A stretch of 64,000 nt of DNA from Botryllus schlosseri (GCA_051294905.1 CM119377.1:5146001-5210000); one strand, 5' to 3'; shown: positions 11,920-23,119, counted from the first letter of the stretch. The notes: a model not told the origin generated them from the letters alone. Made by a program: numbers and translations.

Positions 11920-13272
11920 CAGGGGTAGGCAATTATTTTCCTCCGCGGGCCAAATGAGGAAAATAAATACGTTGGCGGGCCGAGTGAAACATTTTGGCTA
12001 TATTCTCCAGCGTATTTTAATTTTATTTCTAAATCACATTGTTAATAAATGCTGCTCCTTGAATGTGTTGATATTAGAGAATGAGAAAGTGACGTTTAAT
12101 TAAAAAATATCTATTTGCTGTCATGATTCGAAACAATGTTAAACATGATACATTTTAGTTCTCTTCAAACCCCTCTTCACGTTCTTCTATTAAGACTCTA
12201 AAGCAGTGGTTCTCAAACTTTTTTAGGCACGTCTCCCTTTATGATGATGAACAATTTTGAGCCCCCTTATCATGATATCACAAAATGCAACCAGAATGCT
12301 AGTAATCCCAACGGATAGTTTGATGGCATTGGGTATTATGGCTGTTGATGAGCGAATTATGAAATATCAAACTCGAGCAATACACAGAGCAACAGCTATA
12401 AGCTGTAGTATATCGCGCTAGGCGCGAAATTTTTTTTCGATAAAATTGGGCTTCGTGCCACCCTTCTGATGCTTTCATGTCTCCCAGTTCGAGAACCACT
12501 GCACTGAAATGAATATGCAATAGTACAAAGCTTATATTTTCTTGGTCGCTGCCATCCGAGCAGTGTACAGCTTAAATAGCTTTTATGTTGAGAGAAGCTT
12601 GCAGTTTTTCTGAACTTCGCCCTTTCTTGACCGAGTGTTTCCGTGTTTTTTTTGTCATAAGAACGACTTTAATTAAAATTCCTAATCTCGGCGACCTGCC
12701 CGGTAAAAACGGAAAGGATGGGTGTACCCCTGACTCCAGTATGCGAATATTTAGTGCTCTAAATTCTAAACCTTTGAATTTCAGTTTTCGGCTTTCTTTT
12801 TGACATGCCCGTTAATCTTTTATGTGTGATAGATATGGCAGAGTCATGGTAATCACGAGCACTGATCGACTTGTCTTACGAAAATTCGTAACAAATTGAA
12901 ACGCATACCGTATAACGCGTAATGTGACAATGGCAACGAGCAAGGTTTGAAGTTTGAACTAAACTATATGGAAAGAGTAATTTTTTTTTGACTTCAATTG
13001 CTACTCATACGTTGCCACATTGCCTTTAATTTGAATATGGATTACGCATGGCAGGTACGTAGGCAGTGTAATCGTGGCATATTAATGAACAGGCTTCAAA
13101 GTAAACGAATTTCCTGTTCATTTGATACAGCCTATGATTTTCGTCATTCAAAAAGCAAGTTTTATGTTTTGAATTCGAAGAAACCTTTCGCGGGCCGCAC
13201 CGAATAGCTTCGCGGGCCGCATTTGGCCCGCGGGCCGCACTTGGCCCGCGGGCCGCACTTTGCCCAGGTCTG
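11920..13272. mobile_element. Charlie-like hAT MITE
   Basis: Termini CAGGGGTAGGCAA / TTGCCCAGGTCTG with GCGGGCCGCA repeats; perfect TSD ACATAGAG. Confidence 0.85.
12204..12501. mobile_element. Small Charlie-like MITE
   Basis: TIR CAGTGGTTCTC / GAGAACCACTG; a truncated homolog lies at ~21117-21290. Confidence 0.75.
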
Positions 13273-13460
13273 ACATAGAGTAAAGTGCGTTCTGGTGCAA
13301 CTATGATGTTATCGACAATTGACAAGTATTCATTATGATGTCACAGGCCGGCACGGCGGAACCTATGTCTTCGTTGCTACATCGGATGTTACTGACGGCT
13401 GACAGACTCTAGATTACTATAGATAACTAACCTATGGGTAGATTAGTTATCTATGTAGAG

Positions 13461-14096
13461 CAGGAATGGCCAACCTTTTCGGGTAAAGGGGCACATGCAA
13501 TTGACCAACGAGTGCGCGGTCCACTAGCCGCGCCAAGCGGGTAAAATTTTCAATGTTTATTACTTGAGTATATTGCGGGTCTACTGTATACCGCCCGCAA
13601 GGCTCAGTTTGCAACGACACGACTATTCGGCGTCTAGCCACATCGATATCGAAGGTCTCCGATAATATGGGACAATCATTTTGTGCCTACATTTCACCGT
13701 CGACGATCTTTATGCGAGCGCAAACGCGAAGACTTTCTCAATCGGGTAAATTAGGCGTTTTTTTCTCATTTTCAGTTGGGGGTAGGCTATCAAGCAAGAA
13801 AACGTGTAACAATTAAACACGCGAAGCGTGAAGAAAAATTTCACTACTATTTTAGTTTATTGTAATGTACGACGATTTACTGAAAAGGTGACTGGACCCT
13901 GGATCTGCCAATGCGTCGGAACTGATATTTTAGTCATCAACATCCCAAGTGTCGCAACCAGACTTGTAATTTTTGGTTGGCATTGCAAGTTCACAATCTG
14001 AGCAATTCATTTTCGATAATATAATAGGAAATTACCTCGCGGGCCACGCAAAACCCTCTCGCGGGCCAAATTTGGACCGCGGGTTGGCCACCCCTG
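13461..14096. mobile_element. Charlie-like hAT MITE
   Basis: Termini CAGGAATGGCCAACC / GGTTGGCCACCCCTG; flanks ATGTAGAG / CTATAGAC (degenerate TSD). Confidence 0.7.
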
Positions 14097-15530
14097 CTAT
14101 AGACAGGTCCATCCGATAATTTCAGAGCCGGAGTTGTGTTAATAATGCGGCTCCGGAGCTGGAGCCGGAGGTAATGTATCATAGAAGAAAGCTCCGGAGC
14201 CGGAGCTGGAGCAGTTTAAATTTACGGCTGCTCCAAAGCCCTGGTGGTAACTTGAAAGTGATGTAATAGCGAAGTTTATGATGAGTAGTTTCAAGCATCT
14301 GGAGTAGTTTTGGGGCGAATTTACAGTTTTCAAATAAAAAAAAGATATATGGGAGTTAAATATCGTCGAATACTTTGAAATCCAAAATACCGTCACGGGC
14401 CGCGTGTTAGAGACCTTTGCACTGACTACACCAACACCAGGCGAAATTCACGAGTAGGCCTACGTCACCTCGATCAATAGGCGAATTCCGATCTTGCCCA
14501 AATACTCTCGTTCTGGTTTGGTATTCTCTCGGATTTAAATGCCCGCGCTTGAAGACGAATAGCCGGTCTCGCCTACGACGAGATAGTGCCCGCTGAAGTG
14601 GTCGTAGTAGGAGCAAATACAATGTAGGCTTGATCCTATTGCTGGCATTCAAGTCTACATCTCGCGGAGGAAACATGACCACGAGAAGTCATATCAGCAT
14701 ACTGTATTTCCTCGACAAAGTATTGAACTTGCTTTGTGTCACAGCATTAATACAAAATGGCACAATATCTTATAAAAGCAGTGAATATTCACAGAAATTC
14801 CCATAAATTGCATATCACTAGCTATGCTAGCATACTGCGATTCCGAAAATGTTAGAATGGAGACCTCTGGCAATAGTTGACGATTTGCTCGTGATTGCGC
14901 ACACAAAATGAAATGCAAATTGCTTGTGATTATACACAGTAAATTAAATGCAAGTTGCTCGTGACCACACACAGAAAATCAAATCCAAATATCAGTAATA
15001 TTAGGTCTCATTTTCCAATGGCTTATAAAAAATTGAGCGAATGCAGAGTGGCATGGGGTCGTCGAAAAGACAGCAATAATTTATTGAAGCGCTAAGAGCA
15101 TAATTGAAGTAAAAAGGAACAAAGAAACAATGAATAATTCTTACAAGTGTATTGGACATGGATTAAAAAGGTATTAGCTAAAGAGGCTACCTACCTGGTC
15201 AGAATTTATGACACAATTAAGAAACTAAGTGGTGTTTTCAGATGAGTGGTGACAAATTTTCTTACGATGGCGAAGAGCATTTATATCAATGAGGACGTGT
15301 GTGAGGAGATCTGTATAGAATAGTGATGATTCAAAAGGTTACTTCCTTTACAAGGGAATTGACAATGTAACAGCAACTGACGTCACATCAATAGAAACTT
15401 CATTGAGAGACTTCAGTAGTGCGTAATTTATATTCGTGTCATGGTGAATGTCTATTGGTGACAGGTGATGTTCAGTGTAAAATATTGCGATCAATGTTCA
15501 ACCAATTACGTGAATCTGCGACACATGTCC

Positions 15531-17627
15531 TCAAATTGTGTCATACTTTCTAGTCATCAATGAGAACGAACAGACAGATTTAATATTTTTGTTGTCCAAG
15601 TGCACGGACCTACGAGGGATATTTTTCATGATGCGTGACCATTCATTCCATTCTTCGTTGTACTTGAAGAAACATTCTGTCGTCACAGAAGACATTTTGT
15701 AAGCGTATAAATAACTTTTAAACGAAAACAAATACAATGGTATCAAATCTACTGTCGGCTCCTGGCCAGGAAGGGGTATTTGTGTCCACTCTTTCTTGGA
15801 AAATGTATATCTTGCTATTCTCCAGCACATGGTGGTTCTACCTTTCCCACTAACATAAATACTACCCGCACAATATGCGCTGGAGCTCTTTGCAATGATT
15901 TGACAATCAATATCTGACGGTATTATTAATTCTTCAAATACGTCATCTTTAGTTTTTCTGCCAACCCAAATTGTAGAAGATGAGTTGATGAGGAACAACT
16001 TGCCCTTACAACCTAACGGACATAACTTACAGCCACCAGTCAAAAAAGGCGGCATGATAACACTCTCGTTCCATTTGTTAGTTAAGGTGTCGAAGATGAA
16101 GCAATGAGGTGTGTCCACCACATAAATTTTATCATCAAGTCCTATCAACCTAGCTGCTGGTGAGGGTAATTTTGTAAGGGAAGGTTGCTTTATACACTTA
16201 CTTTTTCGATAAAAATACAAATCTTTACCGTCCAACAAGCACAAATGTCCATTCACGGTAGAAATTTTTGCATTGTGCGAGCCGGTGTGATGTAAAGGAG
16301 TCCATTTTAGATTCTTTAGATCAAGAATATCAACGTCATTGTTTCCACTTAACAATGCGATCGCGGAATCTTCCGTTACAATCACATATTGTCGAAGCAC
16401 TGCTTCCAATGTATTTTTGCTAGACGGATACGCCTGCACTAGAGGCTCATTGCTAATAGCATCCAACAGGAACTTTTTCGGTAGACGTCTGAGATCAATC
16501 GTTCCCAAAATCTTGGAAAACAACGCATCGGAACAGGGGTTTTCCTTTACCCATTTCAACATCGCGTTCCACTTCAACTTTTCAGACGAAAAATACACCG
16601 CATCAGGCGATTTGAACATGGCAATAACGTTTTCCTTTGATAGTTTGCAGAAATCGTCATCATTCAAAATGGCTGTGAAGTTTTTCAGCACGAACTGGCA
16701 TATGATCTCGTGGACATCTTGCACCGCATGCTCGTAAGTTTCGGACATGGAATTCAACACGCTCCAGTTGTTGAGTGACAAATTAACCGAGAATCTTATG
16801 ATGTCAGAGAATACACATTTGCACAATTGGTCTTTGCATAAATCCGACTCCTGGAAATACTTTGCACGCCATAGTCGATTGATGAGAATTTCGGATGGAA
16901 ACTCTTCTAGACTCAACATGTTAAAAAAATCAAGAACATCTATTCCTCTGATATCAACATCAAATTCAATCCATGATTTAGAAGCACTCCATACCATATC
17001 ATCAGTGCTCGCATATTCCAAGATGAGCATGAGAGCTTCATCCTTGGTTAGCAATAAAAATGGGGTAGCATTTTTCACTAGTACAAAATTATTTTGCATG
17101 TATTTTCTTGCGGCATCCTCAAGATCTTTGCGTTCGTATAACTCAGATAAATCGAACAAATCAAGGCAATTCTCAGGACAAATATTGTTCAAGAGAAATT
17201 CGAAACACAAATCGCATAGCCTATCCAACTGTAGCACAGTAGCTGTATGCAGCATGTCTGTAACTGTATCAGTGGACAAACTCGACCTGTCGCCGGTGTA
17301 CATGAATTTTACACACGCTCTCACAGAATTTTCGTTCAAATCTTTCAGTTCAACAACTCCTTCCAGTGATTCCTTCATGAAGCTGCCAAACATTCCCCGG
17401 AAATATCCGGAACATGCCACAAGTATTGGTCGATGAACTTGGAACTCAAGTTTGCCGGCTTTTATTATGAAGTCGCAAGCCGTCCCTTCTTGACGCATAT
17501 TCTCGAACGCCTTCATAACTTCTAGCGAATGAAGAAGATATTCCTCACCATGTTTCAGTCCTTTATCCTTGATACTTTGCATCATTGCGCTGCTGGAGAA
17601 CACATTCTGACATTTCTGAGACGCCAT
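15531..17627 (-). CDS. Kelch-like protein (BTB/POZ - BACK - second BACK-like - degenerate Kelch repeats), single coding exon, 698 aa
   Basis: Uninterrupted ORF. BTB motif CDFIIKAGKLEFQVHRPILVACSGYFRGMF..MKES..VVELKDL..VKFMYTG; BACK LLNNICPENCLDLF..FVLV..FLLLT; second BACK-like block; C-terminal YxP/W-rich propeller-like repeats. The first ATG is at 17627 (the ORF track start at 17633 is GTG). No specific KLHL ortholog was recognised. Confidence 0.9.
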   Translation of the reverse strand: MASQKCQNVFSSSAMMQSIKDKGLKHGEEYLLHSLEVMKAFENMRQEGTACDFIIKAGKLEFQVHRPILVACSGYFRGMFGSFMKESLEGVVELKDLNENSVRACVKFMYTGDRSSLSTDTVTDMLHTATVLQLDRLCDLCFEFLLNNICPENCLDLFDLSELYERKDLEDAARKYMQNNFVLVKNATPFLLLTKDEALMLILEYASTDDMVWSASKSWIEFDVDIRGIDVLDFFNMLSLEEFPSEILINRLWRAKYFQESDLCKDQLCKCVFSDIIRFSVNLSLNNWSVLNSMSETYEHAVQDVHEIICQFVLKNFTAILNDDDFCKLSKENVIAMFKSPDAVYFSSEKLKWNAMLKWVKENPCSDALFSKILGTIDLRRLPKKFLLDAISNEPLVQAYPSSKNTLEAVLRQYVIVTEDSAIALLSGNNDVDILDLKNLKWTPLHHTGSHNAKISTVNGHLCLLDGKDLYFYRKSKCIKQPSLTKLPSPAARLIGLDDKIYVVDTPHCFIFDTLTNKWNESVIMPPFLTGGCKLCPLGCKGKLFLINSSSTIWVGRKTKDDVFEELIIPSDIDCQIIAKSSSAYCAGSIYVSGKGRTTMCWRIARYTFSKKEWTQIPLPGQEPTVDLIPLYLFSFKSYLYAYKMSSVTTECFFKYNEEWNEWSRIMKNIPRRSVHLDNKNIKSVCSFSLMTRKYDTI

Positions 17628-18406
17628 CTCCACAGAATCAATTTACCTCGTAACACCGGAACTGAACTGAACCAGTCAACTTTTATTATTACTTCACCAT
17701 TCAGGGATCCACCAAGTGTTGTTTTATTTGTCAAATCATAGTGTCCTATATTGTGTCGACACAAGTAAATCTCACGCCTCAGTGAAATTGTATCACGTCA
17801 CAATTTCCATTTGGCTACAGGCAATTTGACGGTCATTTTTGACCCGCTTGCCGAGCATTAAATTTGGTAAAACGGGTATCAATCGAAAGCTGACTCTGCA
17901 CTGATTACGAAAATATAAATTTTATTCCGCTCGTGGCCCTGGAACTCCCACAATCATCCTCGAATTTTTCATCGATATGGAGATTGGCATTGGGACGCAA
18001 CAATGCTGTCTGGCGAAACGAGTGAGTAGCTCAAGAGAAAAAGAGCACAGCATTGTTGCGTCGCAAGAACAGCATTGTTGCGTCGACACTATGGTGATAA
18101 ATTTTAATCCACTATTACGAGAACCAAATGGAAACGGCGTGAACTCTACTTCATATATGGTGTGCATTCACATTGCCAGTTTATCCAGATAATAATAATT
18201 ATAATATAAAAAAAACTTTTCACATCACGTACTCTGAGAAGTTCCAATTAATTCAACTCAAGCGTGAATCCAATCTACTGAACTCGATAATCCATGGTCA
18301 TCACGAACAAGTTGCCAGAGTTGGCTCAAAGTGTGAAGCTTGAGTTGAATTGCGTTATCTGTTGGCGGCAGTGTAAGTAAAATAGAAATATTTAGTATAC
18401 CGCGTT
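17628..18406. promoter_or_regulatory. Candidate bidirectional promoter region between the Kelch-like gene and DCTN2
   Basis: Head-to-head start codons are ~780 bp apart. Inferred from geometry only; no motif is assigned. Confidence 0.5.
17737..18093. mobile_element. Second copy of the P-like MITE, with one arm replaced
   Basis: 17737-17915 is near-identical to 8347-8535. The right end is GTCGACACTATG, preceded by a duplicated CAGCATTGTTGCGTCG. Weak TSD match (4/7). Confidence 0.75.
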
Positions 18407-19504
18407 ATGGCGGATCCCAAGTATGCTGGGCTACCCGGCATCGCAACATCAGAGAAAGATGTCTACGAATCGGGAGATTTACCAGAAGACGATCAAAACT
18501 GGGTTCCGACAGAGCTTCAAAGCGAAGCAGTAGAAACAGACGAAATCGATACTAAGAAATCATTTCAGAAGTTCAACACCAAATACCTCGCAGCCGATGG
18601 CGCTGATTTTTCAGGTAAATTAGGCGCCAAACCAGGGTACGACGCTGGAGAATACTGCATTGTCAGTCGCGGAGAAACGGAGACTCCAACTCAAAAACTT
18701 CAAAGACTGAAAGCTGAGTTAGCAGAACTTGGCGAGCAGCTTAAAAGTAATGGTGAACCCGCATCATCACCTGAACTGATATCAGAGTTGGAAGTACTCA
18801 ACAGAAATGCTTCATTGTTAGATATCAAGCAGCATCAAGGCTCATACAGCAATGTCATGACTTCATTGAAGCACGCCCAAACGTCTGAATCTAAGCCTCA
18901 TCCGAATGCAGCCACGGTTTCATCACCACAAGTTCCAGATAAAGTAAAAATTAAAGTCAGCGATATCGAAGCTAGAATTGCAAACCTTGAAAAAACTATC
19001 GGTACAAATAGCAAGGCTGTCACTGTTCTGACAGCTGATACAAAAACTAAATCTTTGACAGAGGTAGCTGAAGACTTGAAAGCTAAGCAAAGTCTGTTGG
19101 ATCCTGATAATTTGCCACAAATAGACACCAGATTGCAAGCTGTACTTAACAAATTAAACGACATAAACAAAGCGAAAAAGCAAGAAGGCGCTCAACAGGT
19201 TGCTAGTGATAAGAAAGTCGTCGAAATTTACGAACTGATGCAAAAATGGGATAGCGTGTGCGCTTCATTACCGAGCATCATCAACCGTCTCGAAGCACTC
19301 AAGGAATTGCACGAGCAAGCGGCAAATTTCTCGACGACAGTGCAACATTTTGAGAGTATGCAAGAACAGATTGACGCGAAAATGTCGGACACTTCGAAGC
19401 TGGCCAAGCAAGTGCAGTCTGCGATGAAGGAGAACGCGATTGTGATGCAACAAAATATTCAGGCTCTCGACGCGAGAATCCAGGCATTGACGAAGAAAAA
19501 GTAA
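18407..19504 (+). CDS. DCTN2: Dynactin subunit 2 (p50/dynamitin), single coding exon, 365 aa
   Basis: N-terminus MADPKYAGLPGIA..DVYESGDLPEDDQ, ETPTQKLQRLKAE, and C-terminal LPSIINRLEALKELHEQAANFS are diagnostic of dynamitin; uninterrupted ORF. Confidence 0.95.
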   Translation: MADPKYAGLPGIATSEKDVYESGDLPEDDQNWVPTELQSEAVETDEIDTKKSFQKFNTKYLAADGADFSGKLGAKPGYDAGEYCIVSRGETETPTQKLQRLKAELAELGEQLKSNGEPASSPELISELEVLNRNASLLDIKQHQGSYSNVMTSLKHAQTSESKPHPNAATVSSPQVPDKVKIKVSDIEARIANLEKTIGTNSKAVTVLTADTKTKSLTEVAEDLKAKQSLLDPDNLPQIDTRLQAVLNKLNDINKAKKQEGAQQVASDKKVVEIYELMQKWDSVCASLPSIINRLEALKELHEQAANFSTTVQHFESMQEQIDAKMSDTSKLAKQVQSAMKENAIVMQQNIQALDARIQALTKKK

Positions 19505-20400
19505 AATTATGTGCTGAGCAAGGACTCTGGACTCAATACGGTGTAGCAACTATCCATGAAACGATGTTACACACTTTTGCCTGTCATACTAAAAAATCGT
19601 TGGATTGACTAAGTTTGTAACCAGAGTCTGAAAACCTGGAGTGCATGGTGTTTGGTATTGAAATATAATTTGTTCAAGACTGTGACAGAGTCGGTCGCGA
19701 ACATTAATGCCATAATAGGCATTCCCCATCTGGCTCCTTGCTAGTTCAGCACAGAAGGCTCTATTGATATGAAATATTGCGCAGTGATGGCATATTAACA
19801 TAACATATTGTGTTTATTATTTGGGCTGGGCTTAATTGAGTAGGCTTACATAAGTGATTAGATTCCAAATCGAGTACTAGGTGCTGCATATCGCTCATTA
19901 TGATGTTATAAAAGTATGGATGATGCGAAAAGTTCAAATATGTACCTTTCATGTGACCACAAAGAAAATAATATCAGACAGCTCTGCATGTGAAGATGAT
20001 TTTGTATTTTTTCGACAGTGCCAGTATCTGTTTCAATGCACTTTATGAAGATGCTGTGGTCATGACTTCACAGTAATGACATTTCAACTAACTTCGGTAG
20101 CTATTGAAGTTACAAGGCTTCCATGTTGAGAAAAAATATCAAAACTATGGGCAATAGAAGTCTTCGTGGAATGCGTCTTATAATTTCAGTACTCGAAAAT
20201 AAGTGTATCGCTATGCGACTCAAATCATTGTGCTCAACCCTATTTATTATATTTACTGCATATGAAGTCGAGTTACGGGTAACGTCAGCTGTTTAGATAT
20301 ATTGACCGTTAATCGTGTTGCATGAATTGCACCAAATATATTCCTCAGCCTTCTTTTCATTGTTCATGTCATCTAGGTTACCTACCGTAATCGATTCGAA

Positions 20401-20805
20401 ATGGTTTCGTCAAAGACGAAAGATTCCGCCGTGCCCGCGGGCCTCGCCAAGTCCGGCCGTTGGTGGAAGCCGGCCCAAGACAAGAAATTTTCAGAAATAA
20501 GAAAGGACAAGCCGTTCAATTCGTCGTGGGATAAAAAGATGAAACTGCGTGCGGAAAAGCAGTCGATTCGCGCCTACGCTAATCGTTTGAAGGAAGAGAA
20601 AAAGCGCGAACGTGTGGAATACTGGGAGCGTGTCAAAGCACACAGGGACACGAAGGACGCGAACAGGAAGAAATCCGAGGTCGTCCAAGTCATAACGAAC
20701 ACAAAGAAATTGAAAAGGATGAAAAAGAAGCACTTGCGACAAATCGAGAAGCGCGACACTGGGAACACAGTGACCAAAAAAATGTTGCCAGTCAAGTCAA
20801 AATGA
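20401..20805 (+). CDS. CCDC86: Coiled-coil domain-containing protein 86 (Cgr1 family), single coding exon, 134 aa
   Basis: G..KSGRWWK..SSWDKKMKLR..N.KKSEVVQVITNTKKLKRMKKKHLRQIEKRDT matches the CCDC86/Cgr1 C-terminal domain. There is an in-frame stop upstream of the ATG. Confidence 0.88.
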   Translation: MVSSKTKDSAVPAGLAKSGRWWKPAQDKKFSEIRKDKPFNSSWDKKMKLRAEKQSIRAYANRLKEEKKRERVEYWERVKAHRDTKDANRKKSEVVQVITNTKKLKRMKKKHLRQIEKRDTGNTVTKKMLPVKSK

Positions 20806-21116
20806 GATTGCCAGTTGGAATCGACTATAAAAGCGTCACACCAAAGGTCAAGGTGCTCCAGGGCCCGTCGCGGTATGCAGGTGAAAACGTGTGCTCAAAC
20901 GTTAGCCGGTTCTTTCCTTATTAATAAAAGTTGACAGTCGGCTTGCACGTGTCGTCTTTGTATCAATGTTGCTGTGTTGGACTCACGTACTCTGCAGTAA
21001 CCAGAAAAAGTTTAGCACACAGCAGCGCAACTTGGCAATGTTCGTGTCAGAGCGCGTCCCACCATCAGTTGTATCGCTGATGAAACCATTCCATCCAATA
21101 TACGATAATTCTAGAA

Positions 21117-21290
21117 CAGTGGTTCTCAAACTTCTTAGACACGCCTCCTTTATGATAGTGAAAAATTTCACGGCACCCTTATGGTGATGACAAAATATTA
21201 ATGAGAGCATTCAGAATGCTACCTATCGCAACGGATAGTTTAATGTCATTGAAGGTTATGGCTGGTGATGCGAGAATTCTCAGATAAGAA
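21117..21290. mobile_element. Truncated Charlie-like MITE (homolog of 12204-12501)
   Basis: CAGTGGTTCTCAAACTT..CACG..CCTTTATGAT..CAACGGATAGTTT shared with the 12.2-kb copy. Confidence 0.65.
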
Positions 21291-23119
21291 ATTTGAACAA
21301 TCGACAGCGAACAAGTTAAAATTGAATTAGTGTTGAATGACCATCGTTCCCCAAAAAGCCCCACATACCTTCAACAAGTACCGCATGCATACCAACGATT
21401 AACAGCAAATATGTGCCCATAACAGATATCTAGATATCCTTGGCCTATAAGTAAGATCGACTGCCAAGACGTCAAGAATGCCTCAAAGCAAAATGACTCT
21501 AAATCACTTGGATTATAAAGGCAATGACACCTCTGTATGTTCAAGAATGATCATAGGTTCCATCGTTTTATCCGCTCTTGACACACAAGTAGCAATGCCC
21601 GATGAAACAGCGTGATCTTGAGGCTGGCTGTTCTTAAGCTGTCCTGACTATTTTTGTTGTATTCTTCATTTCTCCGAGATTTGTTTTTGTTACAACTTAA
21701 CAACAGAGGCACACGTGACGAGGAGCTCCGATAATTCTCTGACACTTCGAAACATGCTACAGCTGAGACACAAACACATTTGGATTAACCAAATGCACCA
21801 ACTCAAAAGTGGATATCTCGTTTACCCACGCTACACCTCAAAAATATGTTCGTTACTGTTGAGCTTTTTCAGAAAACACCATCTGACTGTGCTTCGGGAA
21901 TTGACTGAGCCATCGCTGGATGTTTGACGAACTGCATAACACTGTAGTACAAATATTCCAGATGCAAACATACAAGGCGGAACAGCATTGACATGTCCGA
22001 TGAAATTTAATTATAATCACACTGCCAGTCAATTAATCACTGATTGAGAAAGACAGATTACCGTGCAAAGCTCAAGTCTCCAATAGCACGCTAACTGTAG
22101 AAATTATAAACAAAGTCGGAGCTGTCGAAGTGATCGAAATTAATGTTGTAATCAACGAAAATTCGCTCTCACTAATGGAAATAAAAATAGACAGATTTAT
22201 TACATTGTTAATTGAAAATCGAGAGATAAACTATAAATTACGCGACACTCTAAAAGCAATTTTTACAATGAACGAAGGTCTTGTGATAACGCGGAACTTA
22301 TCGAACGACGTCGCCGCAATTTTTGGCGCGGCAGTACAAAAAACAGCCCTCAACACTGCCGAGCGTTGTCTACCGCCCCTGCGCGTGTCATAAGGCTGAA
22401 ATAATTTAAAGCGAGACGGGAAATGCCATGACCGGGGCTGGACGTATCAATGTGAGTGGGGATCGACGTTCTAGAATACCGAAACGTTCATCCTTTCCCA
22501 ATCGACGGTTCAATTTGTTCTAGGCCTTATCATATTCCAAACATGTAGTACCAGTCTACGCTCATTCAAACGACATTCGTATGAAGTGAGTACTGAAGCT
22601 GTTGCATCGTTACAGATATCGATACGTCATAGTTGGTGCGTAGTTCAATTAACCATGTCGATTGAACTACGGTTAGTGTTGATAGAATAGAAATAAGTTT
22701 CATTGCCATTATATACTTTGTGATAGTAAGAAAAGGAAGTTTATGAACTCCTAAAGTTTGTATTAGTGTTACGACGTCATAACGAGGTGTGCTCGAGTCA
22801 GGATTGGATCACCTGGGTGCTCGATTTTGCCCAGCCATAGCTGGGAGTGATGCCGCAGTCGGTCAAAACGACCAGGACTGCGTCATTATGACGAAGCCTG
22901 GAATGAATATTGGAGTTGAGAAGTATTCTCAAAATGACAAAAACTTGGGAGAATAACCCAATAGCGCTACTTCAATGCCGATAATATAAACGCTTGAGCG
23001 GGCGGGCGACATGACCATTAGAAGATATCGCGACCGAACCACGTTGGAGTTACTAAAACGATCAGACAAACTTTTTGTTACAATTCAAATAAGTAATACT
23101 ACGTATAATACCACAGACG

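Larger units (their letters stand above)
11664..14243. mobile_element. hAT non-autonomous element with (GGAGCC)n subterminal arrays, hosting nested MITEs
   Basis: TIR CAGGGCTTTGGAGC / GCTCCAAAGCCCTG; perfect TSD GTGGTAAC (11656-11663, 14244-14251). Confidence 0.9.

Noticed and set aside
14407-14682. 91-aa ORF or decayed Harbinger nuclease (HYLVVGETGY in another frame)
   Set aside because: Only a faint resemblance to the GDxGY motif, stops in all frames, and no TIRs found.
16747-17436. 229-aa plus-strand ORF (and 16339-16737)
   Set aside because: Antisense shadow of the Kelch-like CDS with no recognisable domain.
22848-22888. Functional SECIS element or a selenoprotein in the window
   Set aside because: Lacks the 3' GA of the quartet and the apical AA on the mRNA strand. 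None of the five reconstructed CDSs needs UGA recoding. Kept only as a speculative structured-UTR finding.
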